A DNA stretch of 32,000 nt from Haloquadratum walsbyi C23 (GTDB taxonomy: Archaea > Halobacteriota > Halobacteria > Halobacteriales > Haloferacaceae), in assembly GCF_000237865.1 (NCBI RefSeq), contig NC_017459.1, positions 2,880,001 through 2,912,000 on the forward strand, in the 5' to 3' direction. Numbering within the stretch: the first letter of the stretch is position 1; each line of letters opens with the position of its first letter. This document shows, one piece after another, positions 17,118 to 27,722 of the stretch. The notes beneath the pieces were generated by a model, which did not search any database, was not told the DNA's origin, and saw only the letters and a list, made by a program, of their open reading frames with translations. Both the position numbers and the translations under genes were made by a program.

Positions 17118-17829
17118 TATCGAACATAAACTCCGCACATATATTCATTTTACGTTGGGTAATTATTTTGTTTATATATAGAATGAATTGACCCTCCTTT
17201 CACCTGAAGCACTGATATAACTCAGATGTGCATACCAGCACTGATATATACAGTTCATCTAACAGAGGTATTGCTCCTGATCTGCTCTCTGATAGTGATT
17301 AGTGCGAGTCTTTACCGCCGTGATTATCCGTGTCGGTGATAGGAGACGCTGATGACAGTCTTGCACTTGCCTGTCTCACAGTGTCTGGTAGGATTCCTCA
17401 CTCTACATAGAACATTCATCATCTCGATGACTCTCTCACAGGACACTAATTCAATTTTGCCTGAACGCAAGTCGTGTTCGCTTGCTATGATTTGCTCTCG
17501 GTCGTTATATGAGAATTTAGATGCTTTACTGTGCTCTGGGCAGCATAGTAAAGGAACTCACTTCGAGAATTGAACCCCGTTCTTCCACATTGCATTGATG
17601 TTTTCGGGAATGTTTTGTTGAGTCTAAGCTTGACATAGATCGCCTTGTGACCCATCGTCACCACACCTTGTTGTATCCGCATCTTATGTGTCCCAGGTCA
17701 TAAAACGCGAATCAATGTCAGCGATGACTTCCATCGCAAATCGTCACGAATTCTCCGCAGTTCCGGTGACCGCATACTCAGTGAAATTAAGATCTATAAA
17801 ATACCTGAAAGCAGCGGATATAATCAGAG

Positions 17830-17901
17830 TGGACTCGCCGGGATTCGAACCCGGGGCCTCTTCCTTGCGAAGGAAGCGATCTACCACTGATCTACGAGCC
17901 C
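17830..17901 (-). tRNA. tRNA-Ala (anticodon CGC)
   Basis: The minus strand reads GGGCUCG-UA-GAUC-AGUGGUA-GAUC-G-CUUCC-UUCGCAA-GGAAG-AGGCC-CCGGG-UUCGAAU-CCCGG-CGAGUCC-A. This is a full cloverleaf with the G3:U70 alanine identity pair and anticodon loop UU-CGC-AA. CCA is not encoded. Confidence 0.93.
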
Positions 17902-18204
17902 TTCAGTGAATAACTAGATATCAGTTCATTTGTAGCTTCTGTTTTATATTACTCATCACTCAATCACACAGATAGCGATGCTGTATTGAGAAGCGACACT
18001 CGTTGATCATTCAACGATTATACGACTCTCGATTTCGTTTCTTGCTGAAAGTAGTCGAGTGTGAGCAAACGGTATCGATACGTGAGATACTGCTTACAAT
18101 TGAGGAATAGACCAGTCACAATTATTGTCAGAGATCAGAGGTCACAGGTCACAAGTCATATTATGTGCATAACAGAGTCATCAGCCCTCAGATATGATCA
18201 ACTA

Positions 18205-18513
18205 TTAGTCTTCGAGGACAATCTCGATGCTGACATCATTTGGCACCTGAATTCGCATCAGTTGCCGTAGAGCGCGTTCGTCGGCATCTATATCAATAAG
18301 CCGTTTGTGGACACGCATCTCCCAGTGCTCCCACGTAGCCGTTCCTTCACCGTCGGGCGATTTTCGGGTTGGGATTTCAAGTGTCTTTGTTGGAAGCGGG
18401 ATTGGTCCGCTAAGATTGACTCCTGTTGTGTCTGCGATATCACGAACGTCATCACAGATGTCGTCGAGGTCGTCTGGACTCGTGCCAGCGAGACGAACGC
18501 GTGCCTGCTGCAT
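18205..18513 (-). CDS. rps10: 30S ribosomal protein S10 (uS10)
   Basis: [75 protein letters not shown]... The ATG immediately follows the tuf stop (TAAATG). Confidence 0.95.
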   Translation of the reverse strand: MQQARVRLAGTSPDDLDDICDDVRDIADTTGVNLSGPIPLPTKTLEIPTRKSPDGEGTATWEHWEMRVHKRLIDIDADERALRQLMRIQVPNDVSIEIVLED

Positions 18514-19779
18514 TTATCGCTCGTCGACCTCAAGGACCTTTCCAGCCGCGATGGTTTGTCCCATATCACGAACTGCGAAGGACCCGAGTTCAGGAATTTC
18601 ATTAGACGGCTCGATACTAAGTGGCTTTTGTGGTCGAACCGTCACGACAGCAGCATCGCCTGATTTAATGAAGTCTGGGTCTTCTTCAGCAACCTCACCA
18701 GAGGCGGGGTCAAGCTTCTGATCGATTGATTCGATTGTGCAGGCAACCTGTGCGGTATGTGCATGGAAGACCGGTGTATATCCAGCAGTAATCACCGAAG
18801 GATGCTGCATCACAACAACTTGTGCTTTGAACGTTTCAGCAACGGTTGGTGCGTTTGATGATGGACCACAGACATCACCACGCCGAATGTCATCCTTACC
18901 AATACCACGAACATTAAATCCAACATTGTCACCAGGACCAGCCTGATCGACCTCCTCATGATGCATCTCAACGGTCTTGACCTCGCCGCCAACGTCTGAA
19001 GGCTGGAATGAGACATCATCACCAGGGCTGACAGTGCCAGTCTCAACACGACCGACAGGTACCGTTCCGATACCAGAGATGGTATAGACATCTTGGATTG
19101 GGAGTCGAAGTGGTGCATCGGTCGGTGGTTGTGGTTCTGGCAGATTATTGAGTGCTTCAAGCAGTGATGGACCGTCGAACCACGATGTGTTATCTGAGGA
19201 CTCAGCGACGTTGTCGCCTTCAAATGCGGAAATAGGGATATATTTCGCATCGTTAGCGTTGAATTGAACTTGCTTCAGGAGCTTGTCAACCTCGGTCTTA
19301 ACATCCTCGTATGTCTCTTCGCTATAGTCAACAATATCCATCTTGTTGACGCCAATGATGAGTTCATTAATCCCAAGAGTTCGTGCAAGGAACACATGCT
19401 CTCGTGTCTGCGGTGCAACGCCGTCATCCGCTGCGACGACGAGAACAGCGTTATCAGCCTGGGATGCGCCAGTGATCATGTTCTTCACGAAGTCGCGGTG
19501 CCCTGGGCAATCGACGATCGTGAAGTAATAATCCTCAGTGTCAAATTCTTGATGAGCGATGTCAATCGTGACACCACGCTCTCGCTCCTCAGCAAGATTA
19601 TCCATCACGTAAGCAAACTCGAATCCACCCTTACCCTTTTCTTCAGCTTCCTCGCGATGTTGTTCAATAACATGCTCTGGTACAGATCCTGTCTCAAACA
19701 GGAGTCGCCCAACGAGCGTGCTCTTTCCATGGTCAACGTGACCAATAATAGCCAAATTTTGATGCGGTTTGTCACTCAT
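18514..19779 (-). CDS. tuf: Translation elongation factor EF-1 alpha (aEF-1A)
   Basis: [27 protein letters not shown]...DCPGHRDF...NKMD..., 421 aa, with the canonical G-domain motifs. Confidence 0.97.
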
Positions 19780-20106
19780 AGGTGTATAGTGCGCACAAAG
19801 GCGCTCTGTAACGGCTAGATTAGCTTGAAAGACCTAAAACGATTTCGATACGTACACGGGTCAGCGCGCCGGCGTATCGCGGTTTTTCATGTCACTCCCT
19901 GCCACAGAGAACCGCAAGACAGTGTCTGCTCCATATAGATGAGTTCCCTGTGAGTGCACTGTTCAAACAGAGATCAAATATATATCTGTCGCCGCCGGTT
20001 TTGATGTGACGGAGAGATTCTGAGCCGATATCCGGTGGTCTGTCGTAATCTATCGATATCTGTCATGTATAAAACTCTATGTATAACACTGAGATCGAGA
20101 ATGAAC

Positions 20107-21081
20107 TTATAACCGACTGACATCCGCAAGAATAGCTGATGCTGTCTCAGGACCACCCGCACCACGACCACTCAGATTTAATTGACCTGCGTTCGTTGTT
20201 TCCAATTGAACAATATTTCGCGTTCCGGTCACAGCTAACGCGGTATTCTGTGGAATAAGCCGTGGTCCGACATGAACGCCTGTTGGCGTTGCTTCACCAA
20301 CAAGCCGGATTGTTCGACCTTCCTCAGCGGCTAGCTCAAGCGCGCTTCCAGGAATATTTGTAATTCCATCGACTGTTGCATCTGCGAGTGTATACTCACG
20401 ATTATCTGTTGAAAGGACGTTTGCCAAGATAACACACTTCAATGCTGCATCTGTCCCCTCAACGTCGAAAGCCGGGTCAGCCTCTGCGACCCCAAGATCT
20501 TGTGCCTCTGCAAGAACGTGCTCATAATTGATCCCTTCAGTTGCCATGCGTGAGAGAATAAAGTTCGCTGTCCCATTGAGAACACCACGGACAGCAGTAA
20601 CTTGTGCTGGGGAGATATCTTCAAGTGTTGAGAGGACCGGAATGGCACCGCCAACCGTTGCTTCAAACCGGAGTGAACCGTCGCTATCGCGAAGTACTTG
20701 CTGGACATCTGCGTATCGCTCTGCTACCGGTCCCTTATTTGCAAGCACTACGTCCCGGTCGCGTTCAAGCGCCGTCCGAAGGTGTGAGAACCCTGGTTGT
20801 GCGTCTCCAAGCGTTGTTGGAGTCGCCTCAATAAGGACGTCATATGTCGCATCAACTGCAACACTCGAATCTGACTCCCCAACTGTTCCTGTCTCATCCT
20901 TTCGTGTAAGAACAGCATCTGTATCGATTCCGTTTGGGTCGATAGCTGCAGAAGTCGAATCGGCAAATGCTGTGATTGTATGTCCATATTCTGAAGCGAG
21001 ATCAACAACAGCACCACCAACAGCGCCGGCGCCAACAACAGCAAGTCGCTTGCCTGTCGTTCGGGACTGAGGATCAGCCAT
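20107..21081 (-). CDS. hom: Homoserine dehydrogenase
   Basis: From ATG 21081: MADPQSRTTGKRLAVVGAGAVGGAVV (NAD fold)...ANKGPVA...FEATVGGAIP...GVLNGTANFIL...LGVAEADPAFDVEGTDAALK... The start lies 1 nt after the stop of the upstream ACT gene. Confidence 0.9.
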   Translation of the reverse strand: MADPQSRTTGKRLAVVGAGAVGGAVVDLASEYGHTITAFADSTSAAIDPNGIDTDAVLTRKDETGTVGESDSSVAVDATYDVLIEATPTTLGDAQPGFSHLRTALERDRDVVLANKGPVAERYADVQQVLRDSDGSLRFEATVGGAIPVLSTLEDISPAQVTAVRGVLNGTANFILSRMATEGINYEHVLAEAQDLGVAEADPAFDVEGTDAALKCVILANVLSTDNREYTLADATVDGITNIPGSALELAAEEGRTIRLVGEATPTGVHVGPRLIPQNTALAVTGTRNIVQLETTNAGQLNLSGRGAGGPETASAILADVSRL

Positions 21082-21082
21082 A

Positions 21083-21676
21083 CTAGATTGCCTCCTCAGT
21101 GAGAGGTTCAATAATATGAAGCTGTTTGTCTGCAACAACATCACGCACCGCAGCGATTGCATCTGCTGTCCTTCCAGCGCGAGTTGCTAACCGCAAGCGC
21201 GCACTTGAGACATCATCGCGTCCTTCCGGTGCACTCAATGCAACATCTGCCACCGATACTGACCCACACTTCTCAATACGTTCAAGTGTATCCGATAGAT
21301 CTGTTTCAACAAGATCACCAATAAGCATCACAATAACCTCCTCCGCATAACGTTCTGCACCTGCTTGGATAACATTGACATCCTCAGCACGGAGCGCATC
21401 AACAATGATATCAAACCGATCGGGAGGACACTCAAGATCAACTTCGACTGGAATGCGCCCCCGGGGCGTGAGGTTGCCTCGCTCATGAAATATTGACAAT
21501 AGATTGCCGCCATTCTCGGCGATTGGTTGAAGTGCAGCGAGCAGTTGCCCAGGTTCATCAGTGAGTTCAAGTCGCACCGTGTGTGGCTGTGGATTGTTTC
21601 CACCATCAGGCTCGATTTCGATTTCGCTGGCTGGATCATCAACTGGTGCTGGGATGGTATCACCATCTGATGTCAT
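21083..21676 (-). CDS. ACT-domain (amino-acid-binding) protein upstream of hom; start uncertain
   Basis: The conserved part is HTVRLELTDEPGQLLAALQPIAENGGNLLSIFHERGN...VEVDLECPPDRFDIIVDALR... I chose ATG 21676 (MTSDGDTIP). The ORF is open up to 21853, but that extension is low-complexity. Confidence 0.7.
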   Translation of the reverse strand: MTSDGDTIPAPVDDPASEIEIEPDGGNNPQPHTVRLELTDEPGQLLAALQPIAENGGNLLSIFHERGNLTPRGRIPVEVDLECPPDRFDIIVDALRAEDVNVIQAGAERYAEEVIVMLIGDLVETDLSDTLERIEKCGSVSVADVALSAPEGRDDVSSARLRLATRAGRTADAIAAVRDVVADKQLHIIEPLTEEAI

Positions 21677-22168
21677 GTCATTTTGATTATGCTCGTTTTC
21701 GCTCTTACCTTCGCTCTTAGTTGTATCAGCGTCATGATTGTCCGGTGGTCTCCGTTCGGGCGATGTCACTGCCAGGGCACCTCCGACAGTGAACTTCGTG
21801 TCAGTGCTGTGCGTGACGGGATAAGAGAATAGTCTAGTTTCGCGTCGACGCATTGAGATTCAGATACTGTGCCCGTACGCATACCTCACGTTCAAGATAC
21901 GAGGTGATATAAGTCTTCGTCGATGCCGTGTATCCCAATCATAGTATGAAAATGTGAGTGCTATATCTCATCCCAACGGTGCAGCACATCTGCCATTGAG
22001 CTGTCTTATGTTTTCGATTGCGACTGTGGATGGATATCACAATTAAAATTATATTCGATAATGACACTGATGTCATATGATCAATATCTCAGAGCGCGTT
22101 TTTTCCTGTAATAAGCGAGTAGAGTCGAGTGAGTGAGTATATAGAATAGATACTCACACGATGGTAGT

Positions 22169-24358
22169 TTAGAACTGATCGACAGAACCTGGAAGTTCGA
22201 GTTTCATCCCCTTGCGCTCGCGTATCTCCATGATCTTCTCACGCTGAAGCGTATCTGAAAGTACACGGAATCCAGCATTTTCGGTATTCCATGAGGCACG
22301 ACCTTCCGTTGCTGAACGAATATCGGAGGAGAATCCAATCATTTCTCCGACTGGAGCAATCCCCTCGATGACCATTAGATCACCTTCCTGGAACATATCA
22401 TCGACACGACCACGTCGTCCTTGAATCTCACCAGAGGCTGATCCCATATGTGCAGAGGGAACGTCAATACGGACGTCCTGAATTGGTTCAAGTAACTTAA
22501 TATCACCGTCGATGAGTGCCCTGTGAACAGCATCACGAATCGCTGGAATCACTTGCGCTGGACCACGGTGGATTGTGTCTTCATGTAACTTTGCATCATG
22601 CAAACGGAGCAGTGCACCCTGCGTTGGTTCTGCTGCCAGCGGTCCATCATCAAGTGCCTCCTCAAGTCCCTCAATAACGAGTTCCATTGTCTCATTGAGA
22701 TGCTGAATTCCCTTTGTATCGTCAATGAGTATATTTGTCCCATGAATATGTTCGACTTCTTGAGAGGTGTCTTTGTCCATGCCGGCTTCTTGAAGCGCCT
22801 CGCGTCGCTCCAGTTCAGGCATATCCATTGAAACCTCACCAAGTTGAATCGCATCAACAATGTCGTTGCTGAGTTGTTCAACAGTAATATAGAATTTATT
22901 ATGACGATTTGGCGAAACACCTTCGACCTCACGGGATGCATTCTGTGGTGACTCTCGATAAACAACAATCGGTTCACCTGTCTGGACAGGAATTCCTTGA
23001 TTTGACTGAATACGTTTTGTGATCACTTCAAGATGTAGCTCACCCTGTCCGCTAATAAGATGTTCACCTGTATCTTCATTAATCTCAACACGAATTGTTG
23101 GGTCTTCTTTAGCGACCTGTTGGAGCGTTTGAATGAGTTTTGGCAGATCATCCATATTCGTTGCCTCAACAGACTTTGTAATGACCGGCTCAGAGATGTG
23201 TTCAATCGACTCGAACGGCGTCATCTCGACTGATGAGACCGTTGAACCAGCAATTGCATCACGAAGTCCGGTCACGGCTGCAATATTTCCTGCAGGAACT
23301 CCCCGATCGAGCTCCTCTCGTTCACCACCCATAAAGATTCCAACTGATTGAACGCGATTTGTCCCAACTGTCCCAGAGACATAGAGTTCTTGCCCCTTCT
23401 CGAGCGTTCCACTGAATAGCCGCCCAGTGGCAATCTCACCGGCATGTGGATCCATCGAAATATCAGTTACCATGAACACAACATCTCCATCATCTGTGAC
23501 ATCGCGCATCTGTGTTGCGAGATTTGAGCTGTCATCACCTCGCCAGACACGGGGGATACGTCGCGGTTGTGCATCAAGTGGATCTGGGAAGTGCTCAGCA
23601 ACCATATCAAGCACAACATCTGATAACGGCGTCTCTTCATGGAGTTGTTTTCGCTTATCGTTTTGCTCCATTTCAATGATTTCTGGGAATCCTATACCAG
23701 TTTCAATCATTGACGGCGCAGAAACGCCCCATTTGTATAGTGCTGACCCAAAGGCAACAGTCCCATCTTCGACTGAAACCGTCCAGTCGTTGATATCATC
23801 GCGGTTTTCTGTCATGCCACGAATCAGTTCATTCACATCGGCAATAACAGTCTGTAGTCGCTCTTGCATCTCCTGTGGGCCTTCTTGAAGCTCAGAGATG
23901 AGACGATCAACCTTATTGATAAATAGTGCAGGCTTCACACCCTCTCGAAGTGCCTGTCGAACCACAGTTTCTGTTTGTGGCATCGCTCCTTCAACCGCAT
24001 CAACAACGACGAGCGCACCGTCAACAGCACGCATCGCTCGAGTGACATCGCCACCAAAGTCAACGTGGCCAGGGGTATCGATAAGATTGATGAGATGATT
24101 GGTATCCTCATACGTATGTGTCATCGACACATTTGCTGCGTCGATTGTAATTCCACGTTCCTGTTCATCCTCTTCAGTGTCCATCATCAATCGGGTCGCC
24201 TCACCCTCATCGGCGATCATCCCCGCCCCAGCAAGGAGATTATCAGTCAGGGTCGTCTTACCGTGATCAACGTGAGCAGCGATGGCGATATTCCGGATCT
24301 GCCCCGGTGCGTCCATCAGTTGCTCACACTCTTGGACGATCTTCTTTCGTCGGCCCAT
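22169..24358 (-). CDS. fusA: Translation elongation factor EF-2 (aEF-2)
   Basis: From ATG 24358: [42 protein letters not shown]...DTPGHVDF...NKVDR...; 729 aa with no intein. It includes the diphthamide-loop region ...[11 protein letters not shown]... Confidence 0.96.
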   Translation of the reverse strand: MGRRKKIVQECEQLMDAPGQIRNIAIAAHVDHGKTTLTDNLLAGAGMIADEGEATRLMMDTEEDEQERGITIDAANVSMTHTYEDTNHLINLIDTPGHVDFGGDVTRAMRAVDGALVVVDAVEGAMPQTETVVRQALREGVKPALFINKVDRLISELQEGPQEMQERLQTVIADVNELIRGMTENRDDINDWTVSVEDGTVAFGSALYKWGVSAPSMIETGIGFPEIIEMEQNDKRKQLHEETPLSDVVLDMVAEHFPDPLDAQPRRIPRVWRGDDSSNLATQMRDVTDDGDVVFMVTDISMDPHAGEIATGRLFSGTLEKGQELYVSGTVGTNRVQSVGIFMGGEREELDRGVPAGNIAAVTGLRDAIAGSTVSSVEMTPFESIEHISEPVITKSVEATNMDDLPKLIQTLQQVAKEDPTIRVEINEDTGEHLISGQGELHLEVITKRIQSNQGIPVQTGEPIVVYRESPQNASREVEGVSPNRHNKFYITVEQLSNDIVDAIQLGEVSMDMPELERREALQEAGMDKDTSQEVEHIHGTNILIDDTKGIQHLNETMELVIEGLEEALDDGPLAAEPTQGALLRLHDAKLHEDTIHRGPAQVIPAIRDAVHRALIDGDIKLLEPIQDVRIDVPSAHMGSASGEIQGRRGRVDDMFQEGDLMVIEGIAPVGEMIGFSSDIRSATEGRASWNTENAGFRVLSDTLQREKIMEIRERKGMKLELPGSVDQF

Positions 24359-24763
24359 TATAGCAGTCTGTATCGGCAGGAGGGGCAAAAGGGTAGTGTT
24401 TTGATGATATGACAAGTGCTATGTATGACACGCGTAGCGTTTAGACCGGTTCAAAGGCGAACATCTGCGATTTTATGTAAGAATGAACCTAAGAGAAACC
24501 AACAGAGCTAGCGCTCAATCTATTATACATCACACAGTGAATATTGACCTATCGGTATTATGTTCGATTCGCCGTTCACCTCTTGAAGCGACATATCACT
24601 TTCTTAATAAGCGAACTAAGAGAAAGTGAATTGGGAGGGGTAGTTCACTCGAGATGATTGGACAAAACAGATGGATATATGATACCGATACGAAAACTAT
24701 AGAACAAACTGGAATCCACAATCTGTAACACTTTTACTCGGTCACACCGTGATAATAATAAAC

Positions 24764-25648
24764 ATGGATGTGCGAGTCCGCGGAGCAGCCCCAGCGGAAC
24801 CGTTTCTTGGCGCAGCGGAACTCTTTGAAACAGAGTATGATCTTAACAGCCCAGTGTACGTTGATGTGCGCGAAAACCCAGATGAGCGGACCTGGGCGGC
24901 TCATTACGAAGACCGCCATGTATTGAATATCTCACAGAAGGCAGCAACAAGTGCGATGGCCCGCGAATTAGTGGTTCATGAACTAGCACATATGGCTCGG
25001 AACGAGGAAGGACATGTCTCACATCACCTAGCAACTGAAGAGGCACTGTATCTTGCTCTTGCCGGTGAGTCAATCGAACGACATAAGATCGCACATTGCT
25101 ATCAGATTGCGAATCACATGAAGGATATCTATGCTGATGATATCACACTTGCAGTGACCGCACCAACGAAGCTTATTGACTTTCTTGAGTCTGAGTTAGC
25201 GCGAGCAGTTGCTTCAGCATCTGCACCAGCGCTATCGCCACGGTCAAACTCACGACGTGTCACTGTCGATGCAGACCCAGAGATTACCGCTGTTAATGCA
25301 GCATTTGCGCTTGCGCTTGTTGAGCGTCATGATCTTATCAGCGCCGATCACCGGTTATACGATCTTGCCCACGCAGCAGCGGATGATGCTCCGACGATTG
25401 ATATGAAAGCATTCACGCAACATTTCCGATCACTTGAGGCAAATCCAACGACCAGTGAATATCGAAGTGCACTCGTGGATGCAACTCGGGCGTATGCTCT
25501 GGGTGAGTCTGGACTCGGCAAATCTAAAACTGCTGATGAGGAACAAAAGTGCGGACAAAGAATCGATTCAAACAAAACACTGACACCACAGTCACAGTCC
25601 CAGTCGCGGTCTCAATCTCAGTTCCAATTCGGTCCGGCTTCTGATTAA
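24764..25648 (+). CDS. Conserved-looking hypothetical protein with an HExxH (HELAH) metalloprotease-like motif and an SQ-rich tail
   Basis: From ATG 24764: MDVRVRGAAPAEPFLGAAELFETEYDL...ARELVVHELAHMARNEEGH...; 294 aa, acidic. The C-terminal tail is TPQSQSQSRSQSQFQF. It is the only plus-strand gene between 12.8 kb and 32 kb. Confidence 0.7.
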   Translation: MDVRVRGAAPAEPFLGAAELFETEYDLNSPVYVDVRENPDERTWAAHYEDRHVLNISQKAATSAMARELVVHELAHMARNEEGHVSHHLATEEALYLALAGESIERHKIAHCYQIANHMKDIYADDITLAVTAPTKLIDFLESELARAVASASAPALSPRSNSRRVTVDADPEITAVNAAFALALVERHDLISADHRLYDLAHAAADDAPTIDMKAFTQHFRSLEANPTTSEYRSALVDATRAYALGESGLGKSKTADEEQKCGQRIDSNKTLTPQSQSQSRSQSQFQFGPASD

Positions 25649-25770
25649 GCACGCATAATATAACCATCGCTCCACCAGCGCCGGGAACTATTCAATGTGT
25701 GATCCTGCGAAGATCGTGTGTCGACAAGGGCAAGCGAACGCGCAGAATTTGGAATTGAAATAAAGGAAGA

Positions 25771-26454
25771 TTACCGAGCCGCCTCGGCGACGCGTTCTGA
25801 CTCTTCTTTCTGCCCGACAGCATATGACTGGACATCATAGTTTGCTGCACCAATAATCACCTGTGCAAGCGAATCAGCAGCACTTTGCGCTGATTTATAT
25901 GACCCACGTTGGGTGCCATCTGCAATAAACTTCAGAGCTTGATCAACCCGACGCTGAGGAGCAACATCAACAGCCTGTGGGACTGATATACCACCATACT
26001 TCAGACGAACGGTCTCTTCACGTGGAGCTGCATTCTCAACACCGCGAACAAGGACTTGTACAGGATTTTCCTCAGTCCGGCTATGAATGGTGTCAAATGC
26101 ATCTTCAACGATATTCATCGTCTTTTGTTTATGACCGGTGTTGTCCTCAGTCTGCATCAATCGGTTAATAAGCCGCTCGACAACACTAATTTTTGATTTC
26201 TCAAACTGTTTTGCAGCATGTCGACCCATCGTATGTGCAATCGGAGTCACCGTAATATATCGCTGTGTTGAGGGGTCTTCATACTCAATTTCAGAGACGT
26301 CCCACTCACCGAATAATTTTGCATTAGCGCTTGCAGTATCGGTATCAGTGGTTGTTTCTGCTGATTCACTTTCATCTACGGCGACATCAACGTCGTTATC
26401 ACCGTTGTTATGAGCATCATCATCAATGTCGGGGTCAGTATCGGATTCAGACAT
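25771..26454 (-). CDS. rps7: 30S ribosomal protein S7 (uS7) with an acidic N-terminal extension
   Basis: From ATG 26454: MSESDTDPDIDDD...KLFGEWDVSEIEYEDPSTQRYITVTPIAHTMGRHAAKQFEKSKISVVERLINRLM...RVAEAAR. The start lies 1 nt after the rps12 stop. Confidence 0.93.
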   Translation of the reverse strand: MSESDTDPDIDDDAHNNGDNDVDVAVDESESAETTTDTDTASANAKLFGEWDVSEIEYEDPSTQRYITVTPIAHTMGRHAAKQFEKSKISVVERLINRLMQTEDNTGHKQKTMNIVEDAFDTIHSRTEENPVQVLVRGVENAAPREETVRLKYGGISVPQAVDVAPQRRVDQALKFIADGTQRGSYKSAQSAADSLAQVIIGAANYDVQSYAVGQKEESERVAEAAR

Positions 26455-26455
26455 C

Positions 26456-26884
26456 TTATCGCACCGGTTTCTCTGCGTTCCCGCGGACCAATTCGATAAG
26501 CGAGACGCCATTTACCTTTTCAACTTTATAATTGACACCAGAAAGGTCACCCATCGCTCGACCCTTTGCACCACCAATACCAGCAATTGTGACCTCATCA
26601 TGTTCATCAATAAACGAAATCGCTCCATCACCTGGGCAGAATGCAGTCACTTGCTTACCGTTTTTAATCAATTGAACCCGAACACACTTTCGGATTGCTG
26701 AATTTGGTTGTTTTGCCTCAATTCCGACCTTCTCAAGAACAATGCCACGACCTTGTGGCGCTCCTTCAAGTGGATCAGATTTTGCACCAAGACCGCGCTC
26801 ACGACGCGCATACTCTGAGTCAGACCATCGCCGCTGCTGCCGGTCTTGTTTAAGTTTCCGCGCAGCATACTTGCCGTTTGCCAT
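26456..26884 (-). CDS. rps12: 30S ribosomal protein S12 (uS12)
   Basis: [33 protein letters not shown]...[32 protein letters not shown]..., 142 aa. Confidence 0.96.
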   Translation of the reverse strand: MANGKYAARKLKQDRQQRRWSDSEYARRERGLGAKSDPLEGAPQGRGIVLEKVGIEAKQPNSAIRKCVRVQLIKNGKQVTAFCPGDGAISFIDEHDEVTIAGIGGAKGRAMGDLSGVNYKVEKVNGVSLIELVRGNAEKPVR

Positions 26885-27035
26885 AGTGTCGTTAAATACC
26901 CGATGAAGATACTTAAGTATCCCTTTTCAGAGATAACGAAACGGACACAGCGACGGGCATTACACCCTGAACGGTTTTATGAAGCTGTCTCGGGTATTCT
27001 GAGTCGAGTAAGTTATGGAAAATACAAGAGTGAAA

Positions 27036-27064
27036 CCTCGCTCTTCAGGGTGAGGAAGATGTCA
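27036..27064 (+). repeat. Solitary tnpB-element right-end-like hairpin (CCTCGC-tcttcag-GGTGAGG-AAGATGTCA) in the nusA-rps12 spacer
   Basis: It has the same architecture as the right ends at 12450-12485, 4541-4575, 3031-2993 and 1838-1815: a CCTC... stem, a loop resembling TCTTCAGG, then ...GAGG followed by A(G/A)GATGTCA. There is no adjacent tnpB-like sequence. Confidence 0.35.
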
Positions 27065-27144
27065 TTATCCGTCCCAAAATTGACAAACGTGATACCACAC
27101 AGAGCTGGGAAAATTCACTTGCATTCCCATTAGATCAGATTAGA

Positions 27145-27567
27145 TTATGTGAGTTGGATATCATCAATCTCATAATGCCGACGTACCAGTTTTCGTGCGG
27201 TGTGAATATTTTTCCCATCTGCACCAATTGCAATACCACGATCTGGGTCCGGAATCTCAACATATGCAACACACTCACCACCTTGTTCTGAAATCGTCAC
27301 ATGACGAACGGCTGCGGGTGCCAATGCGTTTTCAACGAATGCGCGTGCTGTTTCAGCATCCTCGACAAGTTCAACGGTCGTTCCGATATCATCTTCAACT
27401 GCACGGACATGTTTACCGCCCGGACCGATTGCTGTTCCCATCTCCCCAGCGGCGATAAGGAGAACAACCCGCTCATCAAAGAGTAAACAGTCGCGAACGG
27501 TTGCATCCGTTGCTGACTCAAAATATGCAATATACTGTCGTGCCTCATCAGAAAGTGTAATTCGCAT
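27145..27567 (-). CDS. nusA: Archaeal NusA-like transcription termination/antitermination protein (two KH domains)
   Basis: MRITLSDEARQYIAYFESATDATVRDCLLFDERVVLLIAAGEMGTAIGPGGKHVRAVEDDIGTTVELV...IGADGKNIHTARKLV..., 140 aa. Two GxxG KH motifs. It lies downstream of rpoA2, as in other archaea. Confidence 0.9.
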   Translation of the reverse strand: MRITLSDEARQYIAYFESATDATVRDCLLFDERVVLLIAAGEMGTAIGPGGKHVRAVEDDIGTTVELVEDAETARAFVENALAPAAVRHVTISEQGGECVAYVEIPDPDRGIAIGADGKNIHTARKLVRRHYEIDDIQLT

Positions 27568-27722
27568 TTATTATAGGGTGTGATTTAGATTTATATTTAC
27601 TATATAATACTCGTGATGGACGATATGATTCCAAACCAGACTACGTGAAGCAGTTGAAATAAAACTACCGTATTTTAATTGTTATAGTGTATCTAATATT
27701 TGAACTATCACTCGTCAGTTCA

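Noticed and set aside
18139-18160. A tandem heptamer, AGGTCAC AGGTCAC AAGTCAT, downstream of rps10.
   Set aside because: There are only about three short units, with no second occurrence or partner motif in the window. This is compatible with chance or slippage.
22133-22157. Hairpin GTGAGTAT-n9-ATACTCAC just downstream of the fusA stop as a terminator.
   Set aside because: It is not followed by an oligo-U tract on the transcribed (minus) strand, and archaeal termination mainly needs T-runs. The evidence is insufficient.
24489-24625. Direct repeat GAAC(C)TAAGAGAAA at 24485-24498 and 24613-24625 in the fusA/HExxH divergent promoter region.
   Set aside because: A 10-13 nt A-rich match in an AT-rich spacer can arise by chance. 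It is not supported by any palindromy or third copy.
26310-26454. The acidic ~45-aa N-terminal extension of ribosomal protein S7 as something unusual.
   Set aside because: Asp/Glu-rich terminal extensions are a common halophilic adaptation of ribosomal proteins. There is no repeat or domain signature.
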